This document shows, in pieces, positions 11,908 through 26,410 of a stretch of DNA of 64,000 nucleotides (positions are counted from its first letter, which is position 1; every line of letters starts with the position of its first letter). The stretch comes from the human T2T-CHM13v2.0 reference genome, Homo sapiens: NCBI RefSeq assembly GCF_009914755.1, contig NC_060932.1, one strand, 5' to 3'. The notes under the pieces were generated by a model. That model did no database searches and was not told the DNA's origin. It saw nothing but the letters and a program-made list of their open reading frames with translations. A program made the position numbers and the translations under genes.

Positions 11908-14186
11908 TGTATTAGCCTGTTTTCATGCTGCTGATAAAGACATACCCAAGACTGGGCAATTTACAAAAGAAAGGTTTAATTGAACTTACAGTTCCATATG
12001 GCTGGGGAAGCCTCACAATCATGGTGGAAGGCAAGGCAGAGCAAGTCACATCTTATGTGAATAGCAGCAGGCAAAAAGAGAGAGGGCTTGGGCAGGGGAA
12101 TTCCTCTTTTTTAAACCATCAGATCTTGTGAGGCTTATTCACTATCATGAGAACAGCATGGGAAAGACTTACCCCCATGATTCAATCACCTCCTTCCAGG
12201 TCCCTCACAAAACACTTGAAAATTCAGGATGAGATTTGGGTGGGAACACAGCCAAACCATATCATTGCAACTCTGGCCCCTCCCAAATCTCATGTCCTTA
12301 CATTTCAAAACCAATCACACCTTCCCAACAGTCCCCCAAAGTCTTAACTCACTCCAGCATTAACTCAAAAGCCCACAGTCCAAAGTCTCATCAGAGACAA
12401 GGCAAGTCCCTTTCACCTATGAGCCTGTAAAATCAAAAGCTGGTTAGTACTTCCTAGATACAGTGGGAGTACAGGCATTGGGTAAATACGGCCATTCCAA
12501 ATGGGAGAAATTGGCCAAACAAAGGGGCTATAGGCCCCACGCAAGTTCAAAATCCAGCAGGGCAGTCAAATCTTAAAGCTCCAAAATGATCTCCTTTGAC
12601 TCCATGTCTCACATCCAGGTCATGCTGATGCAAGTGGGTTCCCACGGTCTTGGGCAGCTCCGCCCCTGTGGCTTTGCAGAGTACAGCCTCCCTTCCAGCT
12701 GCCTTCACAGGCTGGCAATAAGTGTCTGTGGCTTTTCCAGGCACACAGTGCAAGCTGTCGGTGGATCCACCATTCTGGGGTCTGGAGGATGGTGGCCCTC
12801 TTCTCACAGCTCCACTAGGCAGTGCCCCAGTAGGGACTCTGTGCAGGGGCTCCAATCCCACATTTCCCTTCCACACTGCCCTAGCAGAGGTTCTCCATGA
12901 GGGTTCCACCCTGCAGCAAACTTTTGCCTGGGCATCCAGACATTTCCATGCATCTTCTGAAATCTAGGCAGAGGTTCCCAAACCTCAATTCTTGACTTCT
13001 GTGCAACCGCAGGCTCAACACCACATGGAAGCTGCCAAGGCTTGGGATTTCCACCTTCTGAAGCAGCAACCTGAGCTGAACCTTGGCCCCTTTTAGTCAT
13101 GGCTGGAGTGGCTGGGACACAGAGCACCAAATCCCCAGACTGCACACAGCACCAGGGCTCTGAGCCTGGCCCACAAAACCACTTTTTCCTCCTAGCCTGT
13201 GAGGGGAGGGACTGCAGTGAAGATCTCTGACAGGCCCTGGAGACATTTGCCCCATTGTCTTAGGGAATTAACATTTGGCTCCTCGTCACTTATGCAAATT
13301 TCTGCAGCAGGCTTGGATTTCTCCTCAGAAAATGGGATTTTCTTTTCTATTTCATTGTCAGGCTGCAAATTTTCTGAACTTCTATGTTCTGTTTCCCTTT
13401 TAAAACTGAATGCCTTTAACAGCACCTAAGTCACCTCTTGAATGCTTTGCTACTTAGAAATTTCTTCCAACAAATACCCTAAATCATCTCTCTCAAGTTC
13501 AAAGTTCCACAAATCTCCAGGGCAGGGGCAAAATGCTACCAGTCTCTTTGCTAAAACATAACAAGAGTCACCTTTGCTCCAGTTTCCAACAATTTCCTCA
13601 TCTCCATCTGAGACCACCTCAGCCTGGATTTTATTTTCTGTATTGCTATCAGCATTTTGGGCAAAGCCATTCAACAAGTCTCTAGGAAATTCCAAACTTT
13701 CCCGCATTTTCCTGTCTTCTTCTGAGCCCTCCAAACTGTTCCAACCTCTGCCTGTTACCCAGTTCTAAAGTCACTTCCACATTTTCAGGTATCTTTTCAG
13801 CAACACCCCACTCTACTAGTACCAATTTACTGTATTAGTCTGCTTTCATGCTGCTGAAAAGACATACCCAAGACTGGGCAATTTACAAAAGAAAGAGGTT
13901 TAATTGGACTTACAGTTCCACATGGCTGGGGAGGCCTCACAATAATGGTTGAAGGCAAAGAAGAGCAAATCACATTTTACATGGATGGCGGCAGGCAAAG
14001 AGAGAGACCTTGTGCAGGGGAATTCCTCTTTTTAAAACCATCGGATCTCATGAGATTTATTCACTATCACAAGAACAGCACGGAAAAGACTTGCCCCCAT
14101 GATTCAATTACCTCCCACCAGGTCCCTCCCACAACACATGGGACTTCAAGATGAGATTTGGGTGGGGACACAGCCAAACCATATCA
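11908..14186 (-). mobile_element. Complete THE1 (probably THE1A) ERVL-MaLR provirus: 5' LTR 13831-14186, internal 12265-13830, 3' LTR 11908-12264
   Basis: Two ~356-bp LTRs (tgtattag...aaaccatatca) in direct orientation, 1.57-kb internal region, perfect 5-bp TSD GTTGG at 11903-11907 and 14187-14191. Confidence 0.96.
13192..13734 (-). pseudogene. Disrupted THE1-int (MaLR) ORF remnant
   Basis: Track ORFs EGSEEDRKMRESLEFPRDLLNGF...YLLEEISK and LLKAFSFKRETEH are pieces of the MaLR internal ORF separated by stops. Confidence 0.75.
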
Positions 14187-14234
14187 GTTGGATTATAGAG
14201 AAGATTCAAAGAGAAAAACTTTGGAGTCCATGGA

Positions 14235-14722
<488 letters not shown>

Positions 14723-15117
14723 CCAAAGCGACAGCCCTTCTAAAGAGAAGGCTTCACTTTTCCAAGTCACAGATCATGTCAAAGTGACTAAAACAGTTGG
14801 ACTGGATTTAGTATGATGTGGTTATTTGCAACCATTTTAATGACATAACAAGTCACCACATGGTCTCTCAAGCTGATTGCTACATCAGTTGTTGCATCCC
14901 TGGACAGCCCAGAAGAGAACTCAAGATTCCTGCTGTCCCACCACAGCCCTTGGCTCCTTCATGTTCTTGGGAAGTAAATTGCCTACTTCAGGCCACTGCA
15001 CAATTCCTGAGTCATACAATTCCACTTATCCCCTTTGACTTAAAAAGTAGGCTAACATACTGACAATTGCAAAGGGCATACTGAAAGCCTAAACATTTTC
15101 ACAAAAACAGCTCTTAC

Positions 15118-15253
15118 CTGTCCTTCCGGCCTCTACCTGTTGCACCCCAGCACACCATGCTTCCCAAACTGCTTTCCTGTGATCCAGGAGTCACACTTCC
15201 TAACAACCTTAAATAGGAAGATCTGTATCTTCAAAGGAGCCATCAGAGTGACC
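15118..15253 (-). other. Candidate non-coding internal exon (136 nt)
   Basis: Minus-strand acceptor ctgtttttctgtacttgtctttggttgtcttcag|G and donor CAG|GTAAGA; stops in all three frames. Confidence 0.35.
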
Positions 15254-15772
15254 CTGAAGACAACCAAAGACAAGTACAGAAAAACAGATTTAAGCCCAGG
15301 TCAGTCTGAGTGCAAAGGCTGGGGAGGGATTAGGGCCTGCAGTTGAGAATGAGGTTCAGGTACCTAAAGATCTGCCAGAAAGCAATGTGTAGAGTATACT
15401 AGACCACACCAGCCCAACTGGTCATCAATATTTTTTTTTTGTCCTGGGAACCTCAAAATAGTCCCACTTTCCTGAAGAAAAGGAGCTGGAATATCTGAGA
15501 ATTGCTTATGAAATTGTTTTGAAATAGTCCTCCTAGGCAAGTCTGAACACAATGTGTTGCTAATCAAGTGACAGCAGCTGGTCCTTGATAAAGTGGTGGA
15601 TGGTCTGCCATTGCTGTCACTGCCCACATACATGGCAGGGCCTTGCTTCACTATGGTCCTGCACCAGCTTATCAACCATCAGCATAGAACCTGCTCAGGC
15701 CAGGCTTCACACACTGGGCCCTGCCCCTCTGCTCAGGCCTCTGCCAACCTGGCTTGGAATACATGTGGTTTC

Positions 15773-16097
<325 letters not shown>

Positions 16098-16294
16098 TGA
16101 GAATTAGCATTACTACGTACTATCATATCAAAAGTGGAATTTTGCCTCTTATTCTATTGAAAGGGGAAACTTCTGCCATTGAATAAGCGCCTGACACAGC
16201 CCCACTCTTTCATGCTCTACACTGAAAAGTCAAATCAGTCAAACAAGTCTCGCCCCAGGCTCCATCCCTTGCTAAACAAGCTTGGCCACGTTAC

Positions 16295-16452
16295 AGCTGT
16301 AGACTTCAGCCATCTTTCTCTGTGAAGTAGAACAAATTATACCTACCTCAGAAGGTTGCTTTGAAAATGAAATAAAGAAGTGAAATAATGCTTTTACAGT
16401 TCCTTGCTTAGTGCCTGGCACTTTGAAGACAGTCAACCAGTGGTGGTTATTA
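16295..16452 (+). mobile_element. MIR 3' part
   Basis: atacctacctcagaaggttgc...agtgcctggcac. Confidence 0.6.
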
Positions 16453-16759
16453 GGCCAGTGTAGTGGCTCACACCTCAGCACTCTTTGGAGGCCGCAGCAG
16501 GAGGATCACTTGAGGCTAGGAGTTCAAGACCAGTCTAAGCAATATAGTGAGACCGCCCAGCTCTACAAAAAAATTGTTTTTAATTAGCCAGGCATAGTGG
16601 TATGTGCCTGCAGTGCTAGTTACTTGGGAGACTGAAGCAGGAGGATTGCTTGAGCCCAGGTTCAAGGCTGTAGTGAGCTAAGAAGGTGCCACCGCACTCC
16701 AGCCTAGGCAACAGAGTGAGATCTCATCTCAAAAAATAAAATAAAATAAATATAATAAA
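16453..16759 (+). mobile_element. AluJ
   Basis: ggaggatcacttgaggctaggagttcaag...ttcaaggctgtagtgagcta; A-rich tail. Confidence 0.9.
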
Positions 16760-16827
16760 TGCTGGTTGGTTAATGTTATGGTGATTATTACTGTGGGGGT
16801 TCAGTTTCCTTGTCTGTAAAAATGCAT

Positions 16828-17520
16828 ATTCATTCATTCATCCATTAAACACTGAATGAGGCTCCAGGGATATAGCTGTGAACAAGACAAATGAGGTTCT
16901 TGCCATTATGGAACTTACTTCCAAAAATGGAAAGACAGATAATATGAGATGAATAAATGAATGAACAATATAATTTCAAATGGTGAGAGGTGCTATGAAG
17001 AAAAGCATGGCAGGGCATTGCAGAATGACTGGTTGGGATAAGGAATGACGAACTTCTATGATCAAAGCAGGTTTCACAGAGAAAATTGCAATTTGTGCTA
17101 AAGACTGAATGGCAACAAGGAGTCAGACCAAGAAAGAACTGGGGGCAGAGGGCTTCAGGCAGAAAAAAACAGCAAGTGCAAAGGTCCCTGGGTGAGAACA
17201 AGCTTGAGGTATTCAAGAAAAAAAAGAAGGCCAGTGTGCCTGCAGCACAGTGAGCGAGCAGGAGAGTGGCTGAGACCAAGTCAGAGGGGCAGGGAAGGAG
17301 CCCAGTCAAGTGGGCTTGTGGGTCATAGTAAAGAATTTAGATTTTATTCCAAGTGCAATGGAAAGCCAGTGTGAGGTTTTAAGAAGGGAAATGATGAGTT
17401 TTGATTTCTAATTTTAAAAGATAACTTTACCTTCAGACTTACCATAAGAGGGCAACAGTGAAAGCAAGGAGCACAATTAGAAAGTTAATAACGCAGCAAC
17501 CCAGCCTGGAAAGAGGGTGG
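16828..17520 (-). mobile_element. L2a 3' region
   Basis: (attc)n tail, gggatatagctgtgaacaagaca, gtgcaaaggtccctg, agaatttagattttattccaagtgcaatggaaagcca. Confidence 0.85.
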
Positions 17521-18203
17521 AGCCACAGCAGTAATTTTCTTTTCTAATTTGTTATGAAGAATAAATGCAATAACATAAAGGCACCTAGGAGAATTCTTGG
17601 CATAAAGTAGATACTCAAAATATTTTAATTATCTTCTTCCAACTCTGTACTACAGCAGAGATCTCTATTTCCACAAAGAACTCCAAAAAGGCAGACATAA
17701 CGCATGTAACTGTGAATGCCAGAGACTCGAATTGTCATCAACTGAATGTTGATACAGCAACATTATAATAAGGCCGAGCAAATGCCAATTTCAGGCTGGT
17801 ACATATTGCTTTGTGTTGCCATTCTGTTAAAACTCCAAAAACTATTATGCTTGAACATCGTAAAGTCATTTTTTTAAAGTAGCACAGGGACTACAATGTG
17901 TTTTGAATTCACAATCTAGGATCACCATTCTCCTCTAGTCCAAAGAGAAGATTTAAAAATTTCCAATTTAAAACTATACCAGATTTGTCTTTCAATTAAT
18001 GCTGAAGGCAGAATCCAGCTGTCTTGAATTAAAGCGGCATGCTTTGCTGCTATCAGCTAATACTATACTGGGATACTACAAAGGGATGGTTGTAAAATAA
18101 GTGCAAGGAATATACTGTTAATTGTTATTCAGATGGGGAATAAGAAATGTAATTGATGCTAGAGAAGCTCTGGATTAGCGCATTCACAATGAGTCAGGAA
18201 ATA

Positions 18204-18467
18204 GCAGCATCATGTAATGGTTAAGAATCTGGACTCCGAAAAAAGACATCCTGGGGGTGGATCTGCCCTTCTCTTATTTACTCATGTGTGTGTGACCTTA
18301 AGGAAGTCTCTTAACCTCTCTAAAAATCAGTTTCCTCATCTGTGGAATGTGAAAAATAATAATACTTCTCTCATCAGATCGTAGTAAAGATTATACATGA
18401 TCGTCAATTTAAAGTGTTTAGCATGGTACTGGCATAAAGTTTAAAGAAGTATCGGTTGTCTTTATTA
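18204..18467 (+). mobile_element. MIR, near full length
   Basis: gcagcatcatgtaatggttaaga...tgtgtgacctta...cagtttcctcatctgt. Confidence 0.85.
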
Positions 18468-18571
18468 CCCTCCAGTACCCAGAGGCTCGGCTGAGGAAAC
18501 TGGAATTATTTATTCTAGAATTAAGAAGGCTCGATGTGTAATTTAGATTTTTATGATGAAAAAACTCACAA

Positions 18572-19295
18572 TGTATTGAGTCTTCAGAGGCTATATGCTG
18601 TGCCAAGGACTTGTGCTAAAAAATAAAAAAGGAAAGCAGCCCCCCAACATTCAGAAGCTGGCCTGGCATTCACAGCTGGGCCTTGCTGTTCTTCTGTTAG
18701 ACAGAAACCATCTCACAGAATACCAGCCTCAGACATTGCTCTAAGACCATGATGAAATGAGACAAAGCAAAACCACTTTGTCAGTTCATCCAAGCACAAA
18801 GGTAAAATCAAGTCCCACCCTAAACATGCCAAGCACTCTCTTTCTCTTCCAAAATGAATGACTGCTGCTGATTTATCAATTACAGCTTTAAACTTGTGCT
18901 AGTCTCTACTCCCTATAGATAAGATGTACCGAGCTACACAATCATAGAATTGCCCCTGCTTTCCAAAAGCATCTAGTCTAGACCAAATTCTCCCCCTAAA
19001 TCAACTACCCAAAATCCCATATAGGTTCTTTCTAACACCCTTTTATTGAGACACCCCACAGTTACCCATAGTATACGGGCAAGTAATGTCCCTCTGTGAC
19101 AAGCCCAACTTGTTTAATTACAGGTATTTACCCTGTGGTCTTTGGCTGAAAAGCATTGACAACATACTTCATTTAATCCTTACACAACCCTGTAAAGGCA
19201 TGTATTATTATTTCTATTCAACAACAGAGGAAACTGAGTTTCAGAGCAATTAAGGAATTTGCCCAAGATTCTCAACACAGTAAGTGATAGAAGAC
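18572..19295 (-). mobile_element. MIR interrupted by an LTR (pieces ~18572-18623 and 19162-19295)
   Basis: tgtgccaagg...gtgcta before the LTR; tcatttaatcct...gaggaaactgag...ttgcccaaga after it. Confidence 0.65.
18624..19161 (+). mobile_element. ERV1-class solo LTR (MER90-like)
   Basis: aaagcagcccccc...agctggcctggcattcacagct...cccaacttgttt...gtggtctttggctg...cattgaca end; subfamily from memory. Confidence 0.7.
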
Positions 19296-20451
19296 CAAAG
19301 CTCAGGCTCACAAATGCCACAATTTCATTCTTGTCTTAAAGGGTGATCATACATACACTGGAGTGGTCCAACTGATAACTGAGTATGAAAAATTATCAAG
19401 AAGCAACAGGATGGATTAGATGAGTGGGAGGGGAGCTCTTCTTAACAGGAAAGAGGTAGTATGTATGCTGGAAAAGGAAATTAATTTTCCCACCAATAAA
19501 GGGTTATTCTTTTTAAATTAAAATATATTAAAATAATTTTAAGATGGTAGAGAGAGATATTTTGACTTGGAAAAGGTCAAGCAACTTAGAAGGGTAGGTT
19601 GGCAGAGAGAGAGGCAATTCTTACTCCCCTAAATTCTATTCTTCTATGATTTGATTCAGAGATAGTGGTCTATAGCTGAATGGTACTGATGTTGGCAATG
19701 AAGATATGGAGACCACTACGGAGAATATTATCCTTTAAATGATTGGAAGCACTTGTTCATATAAACAAGATGGAATGATTTCTCTTTTTTCATTTCAAAT
19801 TTATCTTAGAAACTGAATAATATATGATTTGGTTTGATTATTTTTTAGGCAGAAAGAAGATAACTGGCAAGTGAACATTTAATGGGGAAAATATATAGCT
19901 TGCACAATTTAAAAATAAAATCTAACAGTTTGTGTGTTTAGCACCTTTCATGCAAGAATCTCGGAGCACTTTATAAAAATGAATTATGACTCCTTCCCTT
20001 CCCCCACCACCCATGAAGATGTTTTATTTTACAACTGCAAGAAAAGTCTCGTGAGAGCATGACAAACCTTGAATGCCCAGAGACACCCTGAGTTGAAGGG
20101 AGGGCTTGGGTTGATCTTTTGTACAGGAGCTCACCCACATTTGTTAGCCTGATTCCAAGAAAGTACACCCCCTCCTCTGGGTCGTGCTCACTCCTCATCT
20201 TGAGCTGCCTCCAGTACTAACCCCTTTGATCCCCTCCTTAGAGGCCCCACACCTTCTTTCCTCCACCCCAGGAAATCAGTTATACAGTTTGACCTGGATT
20301 CCTTTGAATAGTCCTCAGGGAAATTGAGGAGAATGAGAAGTTCAAGGGAAGAGGCAGGCTTTAAAAATCATGTCGTTAGAGGAGGAACCTACAAGGTTAT
20401 CAGACCTTCATATGGCCTCTGTAGGCTTTGTCTTAGCTAAGCTAATGTGGA

Positions 20452-22269
20452 ATTCATTCATTTGTTCAACAAATATTACTGAGCATCAAGTTATCTATTC
20501 TAGGGGATACAGCAGTGAACAAAACACAGAGACAAATTCCTGCCTTCATGGGGTGTATATTATGGTCAGGGGAAAGTCAATAAGCAGAATAAATAAAACA
20601 AATTGTATAGTACATTAGAGTGAACTAAATGTTATGGGAAGGAAGATAAGGGCTGGGTAGGTTAGAATTTTTAATGACATGGTAAAGAAAGACCTCATTG
20701 AGAAGATGATGCTTGAGCACAGATCTGAAGGAAGTGAAGGAACAAGCTGTATAGTGTCTAGGCAAGGAACATTCTAGACAGATAAAATAGAAAGAACAAA
20801 ATCCTTTACCCAGGGGGATTTGCCTGCAGTGTGGCTAAAGTGGATACAGTAAGGGGAGAGTAGCAGTCATAGGGGTAAATGTGGAACAGGAGTCAACAGA
20901 TTGGGTAGGGTCTCAGACATCACTAGAAAGACCCTGGTTCTTCTTCTGCCTCAGATGCAGAGCCATTGGAATTTTTGAAAACAACAGTGATATCTTCTTA
21001 GTATTTAAAGGAATCTCAATGGTGTTTTAAGAATAGAATAAACTGAGGTGAAAATAAAAGCAAAAAGTCCAGTTAGAAGTTCGTTCATCCACCAAAAGAT
21101 GATGATGGCTTGAATAACAGAGGTGGAGGTAGAAAAGGTGTTAGTATTCTCAATATATTTTAAAGGAAGAGCCAATAATGTTTGCTGACATATTGAATAT
21201 GGATTATCAGAGAGGGAGAGGAGTTGAAGATGCTACCAAGAATTTTCGCCTGAACAAGTAGGAAGATGGAGCCATCTTTAACCAAGATGGGAGAGACAGA
21301 AGATGCAGCAGGTTTGGAAGGAAAGATCTGCAGCACACTGTTGGGATATCTGATTTCAGACGCCTGTTAGACATTCAAAGGAAGATGCCCAGAAGGCAGT
21401 TGGACGTATACACCTGGAGTTCACAGAGCAGTCATGGTGGAGATATAAATTCAGGCACTGTCAGAATATTGACAGTATTTACAGTCATGAAGCTGAATGA
21501 AAACACCAAGGAAGTGAATACAATTGACAAAGAGGAGAGGAGCAAGGACTAAATCCATTAGATGTTGGGGAGATGAAAAGGAACCTGTCAGTGAAAGAGA
21601 AGAAGCCATCGATGAAGTGAAGATGAGACAAGGAATGGGGAGTATGCTAGAAATCAAGTGAAGAAACAATTTAAAAGAGAAGGAAGTAATTGCTGCATCT
21701 AATGCCTCTGATAGGCCAAGCATAAGCACTGAAAATTGACTGATAAATTTGGCGATGCAAGGTCACTGGCAACTTTGAGGAAAGTGGTTTCGGGAAAGTG
21801 ATGGAGATTTGTATGGGAGAAATAATATGTATATTTGATTGGAATAACACTAGAGAGGAAAGAAGTTAGTGATATGAGAAATAAAATTACTAGAGCAATG
21901 TCCTTGAATAGTGGAATTCACTACAATGGCTGGCTGTCCTTAGATAGGAGCACAGATATTTCTTCTATATAGCAACAGGAGGGAAGACAAAGTAGAACAG
22001 TACAGGTGCTGGAAGGCAGGCAAATATTGTGGTGGTTGTCTATAGGAAGTTAGCCTTCGATTGCTTCTTTGTTTGCAGTAAAAATAGGAAGCAAAGTTAT
22101 ATCCAGTGACACAGAGATACTGGACATTTGAAAAATAAGGAAAAAGTAAAAAATTGCTACCTAGAACAGCAGGGTGAATAAATAAAGAAAATATAGTATG
22201 ATTCCCAGGAAGTGCTAGATATTACCACCAGGTTCATGGTCATAAATTTAACAATAAAATGAGTTATGA

Positions 22270-22317
<48 letters not shown>

Positions 22318-23120
22318 TCAAGCACATTCAGTGCATAAGTACAGGCATAGAATTGGCAGGAAATAGGAATTTACCAAGGTTGGGGTTTTGCCAAGTGAGT
22401 ACCAGGAAGCAAGAGGGTCAAGGGAGTTGAGGGTAGAGGTGAGATGGTGATTATAAAGACTGGCCATAGTATTTAAGTTGGAAAGGGAGGAATATGATTA
22501 GAAAGGAGAGGGAAAAGGGGATAGAATCAATGGGTGCAAGAGGAATTGGATTGGGAGGGAAGGAGAGGAGAACAGTGTTAGGATCAGTAGACTGCAGATC
22601 CCAGGAAGTCTAAGGAGTGATGGCATCAGGCTATTAGAGGGATTAAGCTGAAAATGCAGGAAGTGGTGGTCAAATGGTGGGATACTTGAAAGTGAAATTA
22701 TGAATAGGTTGCACAAAGTATAGAGGAATGGAACTGCAAAGAGATCACTGAAGGAAAGGAGCTCCAGGACAGGAACTGAGTGGTCAGGATGGTGGAAGCA
22801 TCTTCTAGATATTAAATTAGGGAGAATTAGGGAGGAGAGGATGTCAGTGAGCCAAAAGCCAAAATCAACAAATGAACAAAAGTGATTCAGGGGTCTGTAG
22901 AAGACTATACCAAAGATGGTAGATGACAAGGGCATAAAGCCACCTCTTTCTTTAGAAAAGAGGGAGAGAGAACGCATGGTCTGGAAACTGAAATGCTGAA
23001 CTGAGCCACCCAATTGTACTGCCAGGCCCAGTGCTAGGTGAGGTGAGGGAGGGAAAAAGCCACCACTGGAGAGGGCTGCGAGAGGAAGGGATTGTGCTCA
23101 GAGAAAGTTTAGATTTAGAG
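20452..23120 (-). mobile_element. Long L2 LINE (~2.7 kb) from the 3' tail into the endonuclease region
   Basis: attcattcatttgttcaacaaatatt tail; continuous purine-rich antisense L2 body; ORF 22498-23013 carries endonuclease-like motifs (FYRP, DHHFL). Confidence 0.85.
22274..22315. repeat. (TG)21 microsatellite
   Basis: Direct reading. Confidence 0.98.
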
Positions 23121-23125
23121 TAGTT

Positions 23126-23540
23126 GTGCATGCATGCACAGACACATATAAACACATTTGTACATGTACACACTGTCTCTCTCACACACACATACACATA
23201 TATGTACACACACATATACTTGTACACTTACACACCTTTGCATACATGCACACACACAAGCACACTTGTACATACAAACACCCTCACACACACGTGCATA
23301 CACATACACACAAACACACTTGTACATGCACACATCCTCATATGCACACATATACATGCATGCACATACAAACACTTGTACAGGTACCCTCGCACGTGTG
23401 TGCACACATGTACATAAATGCAAACACATTTGTACATGCGTACCCCCTCACACATGTGCACACATGTACATGCACACACATACAAACAGACTTACACCCT
23501 CTCTCCCACATACACACACAAGCACAAGGAAACATACAGA
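23126..23540. repeat. Degenerate CA/TACA-rich tandem repeat, ~55-bp period
   Basis: TTGTACA anchors at 23158, 23220, 23266, 23320, 23376, 23430. Confidence 0.85.
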
Positions 23541-25530
23541 TGAGTGTATGTTTAAATAGGTGGACATTATGGTATTTGAAATATACCTCATTAAGCTGGG
23601 TTTTAAAAAGTAGAAAACATATAGAGCTTTATAAGAGCAAGAAAATCAGACCCATGGCGGGGAAAGCAAGTCATCAAGAAAAGTATTTTTGAGATAGTAG
23701 CTAATGGAGATGTCCCAATATGAAAAAAAAGTATTTCATTTTTAGCTCATAATGGTATTATCATTTCCTTCTTTGAATTCACAGTGCTCTCTTTGAGTGT
23801 CATTCATGGCCTTTCTATCACACTCATATGAGTCTCTGTCCTAAATTTTCTACTTGCTTGGAAGGCTCCTGTGGATCTGAAGACTGTCTCCTTCAGTTTG
23901 CTATCCTCTGTTGGATGTAGCACCATACATAACTCACTGGAGGCCCACATAAATATTTCTTTAAATGTGTTGAATTAGTTTAAATATTTATTATTTCAAA
24001 GTATCAAAGTAATGCCTTATAAAGGCATTTTCAAAAGAAACAGAAAATAGTTCAATCAAATACTACATTTATTCATATGAAACTTAAATCAAACATAAAT
24101 GAGAATATTTTGTTAGTTATTATCATTAACTAATAATCATCTTCGAGCCTGGGGCTGAGAAAGAAATGGTAGAGATAAATATCAAAAATATGTCCAACAT
24201 GTAACTTTTGGAATTATATGGTGGAAAAAAACTAGTGTAAAATTGCCAGAAAAGCTATTTAAAGCAGAAATATGAGATTAAAAATGCCAAAGGTGTAAAC
24301 AACTTTAATCTGCTAATTTATTACACATGTCTGTTAGAGCCAAGTTTGAAGATTAGATCTTGGATATTTTCACTGCGTTACTGCAAAGGAAACTAAAATT
24401 TTCTAAACTCGAACGCTATGCATTTTTCGTCTTTTAGATGTCACTTCATCTCCCCTGAAACCAAGTTGATTTCTATAATTTAAGCAGTGTGAATATATAC
24501 ATTCATATAGACATTCATTTAAAATCTGAAAGGCACTAAGACAATACTTAACCCTGTCTGCACTCCATCCACAGACTGCTTTAGGGAACAGACTGGTTAT
24601 GGAAATAAGACTTACATTTTTATTATTAAAACAGCAAATATGGCTTTAACTAAAAAAGATAATTTAGGGGAACTTGCTAAGGAAAATCATCCATTCAATC
24701 AAATATGAAGGAGGTGTGAAGATGTATTATAGACTCCATATTACACACCAGACCCAATTACCTGCAACCCTTTCTTCTCTTACAACCCAAAATCTACCTT
24801 GGTTTCTGGACATATCTAATTCTAAATGCTAGCTTAAGCCTCTACCTATATAAGGAAGCAGTCACAATAAAAACTGAGGTGCAGTCAAGTATTTAAAAGA
24901 TGATTCACTACCAAAAGTAAGTGGTTTTTGAATAGGTCTATGTTCTCAAACTTTCCAACAAGGCTCTGCTACCTCTGCTCCTAAGAAACACCGTTCTCCA
25001 GTTACACCACCATGAAATGTGACCTTTCTCCCCAGCTGGCATGGAGGTTTAGCCACAATCATTAAAAAAGTACAGGTGTGCTGAAAATTCAAGCTAGCAC
25101 AACAGTGGCATGGTGTGAGACTTGGTGGTTGGGAAGGGGAAATTTACAGGAAGGCTTGCACAAAATTGAATCTTTAATATAATCTGAATAATGTGAGCTC
25201 TTTCAGCCAGATATTTGGCCTCCCCCTTCCCTGTGAAATATCATGATTCACTGAGAGCTTATAAAAAACTGCATTTCAGGGATACTGTAGGATTTTGGTG
25301 TACAAAGTACAAATATTTCCTACATGTATGACTTGTCCAAGTTTCACTCTGCCTTGTCTCCTTCCACATGAATCCCCAAAAGAAGAAGTCACTGATTAGT
25401 GACTCTTAACCAGTGGAGAAGCTGGTGATTTGAAAGGGTAGAACTGGGACCAGTGATAAAACAGGGGAGGTGAATTTCATTTCCACATACAAAAGAGCTT
25501 GATTGGAGCAGCTACAAAGAACAACGAACT

Positions 25531-26410
<880 letters not shown>

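Noticed and set aside
12547-13768. Cluster of ORFs on both strands
   Set aside because: THE1-internal sequence with a broken MaLR ORF, not a host gene.
23115-23692. Longest ORF (188 aa) and overlapping H/T/C/V-rich ORFs
   Set aside because: The CA-rich repeat lacks stop codons; there is no coding signal.
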